A DNA stretch of 64,000 nucleotides. It comes from Octopus vulgaris. Its lineage: Eukaryota. Position numbers and translations under genes: made by a program. The stretch spans positions 121,706,001-121,770,000 of the forward strand of contig OX597818.1 in the NCBI GenBank assembly GCA_951406725.2, written 5' to 3'. This document shows positions 59,080 through 64,000 of this stretch, piece by piece. The notes below the pieces were generated by a model. The model ran no database searches and was not told where the DNA came from. It was given only the letters and a program-made list of their open reading frames with translations. The stretch's first letter is position 1, and each line of letters opens with the position of its first letter.

Positions 59080-59573
59080 TGTAGTAGTGTTGACAGTCAT
59101 GCTTCACAATTTTTGACTGTAGCAAGATGAGTGATTCTGTGCTATAAATACAGCTGGGTAGGCTCCAGAGTGCTAGGTTTTGCAAACTGTATTCTGACCA
59201 ATCAGTGTGTAGTATCACTCAATTACTTAAGCTGATTGGTTGGTTGAGCTGATTGGTTTAGGCATCACGCTTTGTTGGACAGGTCAAGAGTCCTGTATCT
59301 TGACCCTGGCCGAATCAGCAATTGTTGGGTTATTTTTAGAAATGTTGTAAATATCCTTTGTCAGAGATTTTTATATTTTTATATTTCAATTGTCATCATC
59401 ATCATTGTCAGCACCTTAATTATTGTTGCTAGTGGTGATGGTGGTGGCAATAGAACTTTTAACCCTAAATAAGATAATTTTCCTGCTATCTTCGTCTTGA
59501 TCACCTTTAGTATTGTTGTTGTTGTTAGTGGTCATGGTCGTAGCAGTGGAAGTAATACCTCTAAGTATTATTA

Positions 59574-59846
59574 TTATTGCTTATTTAGCTTGGGTTCGAA
59601 TTTATCAATAAAATTCTTTTCTCTGATTTTCCTCTCGATTTCACTTGGGCTGTGTAATTTGTAGAATGGAAATATTATATATATTTTCCGACCACATGTT
59701 GCTAGGTGGTTACTCAAAGGTATCTGACGGACCTCTGGGTCTCTAATCTGTTGCCGGTGTACACGTGAGCGTTCTAATAGTGCGTTTCCCGTCTGACCTA
59801 CATATATTTCTTCACAATTTGGGCATTTGATGCAGTAAATTAAATT
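59574..59846 (-). pseudogene. GIY-YIG endonuclease fragment of a Penelope-like retroelement (one frameshift)
   Basis: Manual translation: NLIYCIKCPNCEEIYVGQTGNALLERSRVHRQQIRDPEVRQIPLSNHLATCGRK / IFPFYKLHSPSEIERKIREKNFIDKFEPKLNKQ*. Shows LIY-CxxC-YVG, conserved R, H and E, and terminal P.LN. Confidence 0.88.
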
Positions 59847-60280
59847 TCTGTCTTAGTTCTATTAGGCGTTTGTTCCTGATATTTGCATCTTCTACAATAG
59901 TACAAATTCTTCTGGCTAGGCAGTATATACTCAACAATAATTAAGGTGCTGACAATGATGATGATGACAATTGAAATATAAAAATATAAAAATCTCTGAC
60001 AAAGGATATTTACAACATTTCTAAAAATAACCCAACAATTGCTGATTCGGCCAGGGTCAAGATACAGGACTCTTGACCTGTCCAACAAAGCGTGATGCCT
60101 AAACCAATCAGCTCAACCAACCAATCAGCTTAAGTAATTGAGTGATACTACACACTGATTGGTCAGAATACAGTTTGCAAAACCTAGCACTCTGGAGCCT
60201 ACCCAGCTGTATTTATAGCACAGAATCACTCATCTTGCTACAGTCAAAAATTGTGAAGCATGACTGTCAACACTACTACA

Positions 60281-60325
60281 TGAACCCGAAGATTGCAGAA
60301 TTCAATGCATGAAAGTACTAGTTCA
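60281..60325 (+). ncRNA. Minimal type I hammerhead ribozyme motif (variant core) in right pLTR
   Basis: TGAAC-CCGAAGA-T-TGCA-gaattcaa-TGCA-T-GAAA-GTACT-A-GTTCA: stem I TGAAC/GTTCA, core CCGAAGA, stem II TGCA/TGCA, palindromic stem III AGTACT, CUA cleavage triplet. Confidence 0.7.
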
Positions 60326-60457
60326 ATCAGAATGAATATTTAACATTCTACTATTTCATTTTATTTTATTCAATTATAATATATTATCTTATAATATATC
60401 ATTATAAGATTGTAAATAAAACGTGAAAATCAGACAAAGTTGGAATTCTTTTTATTA

Positions 60458-60488
<31 letters not shown>

Positions 60489-60713
60489 AATCTGTGTATG
60501 GGTGTGAGTTCGGGTGCGTGTGCATGCGTGTATATTGGTTTACGGTGCTACACGCTTACAAATAACCTACACACATGCGTGGAATTTAGCATAAATATAT
60601 GTATGGATATATGTATATATATTTGTATATTACATACATATATACATACACACACACATATATATATATAAATGCATGTATATATATATATATATATATA
60701 CGTATGTATATAC

Positions 60714-60769
<56 letters not shown>

Positions 60770-61301
60770 GTATATAGGCATAGACGTGTATATAATTAGA
60801 TATGTATACATGTGAATATGCGTTTTAGTATATCAAATGTATTTGGATACGTCTCAAAAAAGATGTTTAAAGTACACCATAATGAGTTGTCATTGGATAG
60901 ATGGACAACCATATCACTCATGGAACTATTAACCTTAGTGTTATGCTTTGTAATACAATACATTTCAAACGGTGTGGTCAGTACTTGTTACATATGTGTT
61001 CACACACATACACACACACACAAATATATATGTATGTGTGTGTGTATGTATGTATGTGTTCGTGTGTGGTTCTAAAGACACACACTCACACTCACACACA
61101 TATGCATGTACGTATCTCTCTCTCCCCCTCTCTCTATCTATCTATTTATATCATATATAGAAAGTTACAACTTTCTAAATTGTTTCAATCTAGAGAATAT
61201 AGGATGTATCAGAAGCTAACATTGAGAGATATTCCTTTACAGTGTATTGCATTTAGGTGAGGTTTCATGTGTGTGAGCGTGTGCTTGAGTGTGGGCATGC
61301 G

Positions 61302-61349
<48 letters not shown>

Positions 61350-61906
61350 ACATGTGTGTATGTAAGTGTTTATGTGTGTGCGTGCATGTAACTGTGTATG
61401 TGTGCATGTGAAATCGTGAGGTGGATGTAGGAATATAAAGAGCAGAAAGGGTTTACATTTTGTCTGTTTTGTGTATCACATATAATATAGAATTTAATAT
61501 GACTGCACAATGATTAAAAACGTGAATATCCTATGTGCATTCTATGTTTTCTTTAAACTATTCTATATATATATAAAGTACATGTATGCGTATACATGTT
61601 TATATGGATATATACGCTGGGACTTAAAAATACTCAGGTTGGTATCCGAGGGCGCAGTAAACCCGCTAGGAATTTGGGTCACCTGGTTTTGTCAAGGCAT
61701 CTTTCTAGCAGACGGCTAACTTCTATAAAATCCCCTGCTCCACTGAGCCAGATATATTGCACTTTGCTTGTCTCTGGGTTTCATAGCATTACTAGCGAGA
61801 GTCGTTGTGGTGTTGTGCAAACCACACTCATCTTAAAACCTTTGCAAGGGTATTGCTGACAATTCCGTAGCGATTGTCATGCTCGTCTGACGTGTACACA
61901 GCCATA

Positions 61907-61937
<31 letters not shown>

Positions 61938-62002
61938 TAAATATATATCTAACTAAATATACATCTCTCTCTATATGTGTGCATTAAGGTGCGTACACAC
62001 AC

Positions 62003-62063
<61 letters not shown>

Positions 62064-62344
62064 AGAGGGCACACACATAAATGCCTACATAAGAGACAAA
62101 GTATATATATACAAAATATATATATATATATATATATTTGGTATAATGACTTTGTCCCTCTTATGTGCATTATGTAATAATCTGTGATTATATGAATATG
62201 CATATATATATATATACATATACAAAAAGAATGACAAATGTATATATATATATATATATGCGCATATATTTATATAGTTATATATGCATTGATATGTAGG
62301 AACACGCATACATATACACATCCATCTATACAGACATATACACA

Positions 62345-62383
<39 letters not shown>

Positions 62384-62855
62384 TTATATACAATTGTATA
62401 TGTAAATGTGCATATACATACATGTATATATAAATGTACATATACATACATGTATATATACATATATATATACATGTATATATATATACATACAAATATA
62501 TATACACGTATACACATATACACACAAGTCACTAGATTGGGGAAAAAAGCATCTTTTATCTTTCAAATATATGCTATTGAAAACACTATGCACCAGTTTA
62601 AACTTTTAAATAAAGATCTTTTGTCATATTTCTTCTGTTTATCATTTTACTTGAAACAATGTTTTTTCCTCAGATCTATCAAAGTTACAACAAATATATT
62701 TTGAAACCTAGTTGCAGAAAGAAGTAGCAAAACACTCTCTCTCACACTCACCCCTCTCCACAAAGATACATGTATACTGTTTTGAAATGGTGACGTCAAC
62801 AGTATATATATGTATGTGTGTGTGTGCGTGCGTCTATGTGCGTGCATATATATAC

Positions 62856-62925
<70 letters not shown>

Positions 62926-64000
62926 GTGTACACATACACACATATATATATATACAGATAAGCATAGACTAACGATAGAGGAAAATGTCTATACAAACAT
63001 GGAAATAATGTAAGACTACAAGTACGCACATGCACAAACACACATGCAGAACTCCAGTCTGTATAGAACTTCATTCATTGAATCCCTACTCAGAAGGGTC
63101 TTTACATTTTCTCTACAAAAGAATCAATAAAACGAAATGAAATGAGTAAGATAAACGCTAATCAATAGATATTCAAATAATTTAGTTTACTGGATTATCA
63201 ACAATCCAGAAACGAATTCAACGCAATAAATACTTCAAACAAACCAACGATAGAAGTATATTACATGAACGAAATGCACTCACGCTACTAAATAAACGAA
63301 CTTATTATCTACCAGAACAAAGATTGTATTGAACCAAATAATATTAGTATATTCGCAGTATATTTGGAAAAACAGAAATTAAAAGTCTCCTAATCAATAA
63401 CCAACCCCAGTCCCGCAAGACTCTAGATAAACACTAAACGATTAATTTAATTTGCAAAATTCCGATGAAAACTTGAAAGTGTAAACTTAACGACTCCGAC
63501 TATTATATTACACAAACATGTACTAGGCTTTCTCGCTAGATGAACATACATCCGCAACAAGGAGCCATTGTGGTTTATCATATTAAATCACAGATCTAGA
63601 TGAAAACAAACATTCATACTATACAATAAGCATCCCACCCCTGCAAACTTTGAATATTAATCTAGAAGTCAAATCAATGGTAAAATATAACGGAAAAAAT
63701 TAAGATACCCCTAATGCTATCTTAATGCTAGCATCTTAGCTGTATGGTAACATCACATACTATATCCAAATTATTTTCTGATTGCTGAAAGAAATCTAAC
63801 GTCTGGCGTTAATGAATGAAGAACAGATAAAAATATTTCTATAGTTTTCGCCTTCAATAAAACGGAACTAGTAACTACTAAAATCTTTTCATCCAGGAGA
63901 TAACACTGAGAAGAAGTCGAAACGTTGATGGACTTCGGAAATTTATTGTTCCAGACATAACATAGAGAGTTTATAAGGTAATATGAAAAATCTTAATAAA

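Larger units (their letters stand above)
58897..60463 (-). mobile_element. Penelope-like element (PLE) derivative: GIY-YIG fragment between inverted 532-bp pLTRs
   Basis: 58897-59428 is the reverse complement of 59932-60463 (no mismatch found in the parts compared by eye). The 503-bp spacer encodes a GIY-YIG endonuclease C-terminus on the minus strand. Both ends abut (TA)n-rich DNA. Confidence 0.88.

Noticed and set aside
59272-60088. Two ORFs with identical N-termini (MLDRSRVLYLDPG) as a duplicated gene
   Set aside because: They are a by-product of the inverted pLTRs; the real coding remnant is the GIY-YIG fragment in the spacer.
63858-63930. Hammerhead-like CATC..GAAACGTT-GATG motif (a similar one lies near 1988-2020)
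   Set aside because: The core and stem II are too degenerate to distinguish from chance.

Overview
This is eukaryotic, AT-rich DNA saturated with microsatellites and transposon fragments. The SINE families and repeat landscape suggest a coleoid cephalopod such as Octopus (inference). Nearly all listed ORFs (YIYI, HTHT, poly-I/L/S) are microsatellite artefacts. One well-supported host gene lies on the minus strand. Four exons joined by phase-1 introns (43231-42980, a 30-nt microexon 40165-40136, 27664-27122, 25795-24948) splice in frame into about 557 aa. The product has a TSP1-like module, an unassigned Cys-containing region and an ENDOD1-like DNA/RNA non-specific nuclease domain. That domain appears to have lost its metal-binding residues and carries a Ser/Thr-rich insert; the 5' exon(s) could not be placed. 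Mobile DNA includes a full-length decayed mariner, a maT/DD37D-like fragment, an R4/Dong-like LINE ending in (TAA)n, three Helitron pieces and many tRNA-SINEs. A Penelope-like GIY-YIG fragment sits between two apparently identical 532-bp inverted pLTRs. The most striking hidden layer is a cohort of small non-coding elements carrying minimal hammerhead-ribozyme motifs with non-canonical cores, two of them as inverted pairs, plus a possible HDV-like ribozyme. All structures were derived by eye and need computational and experimental confirmation.
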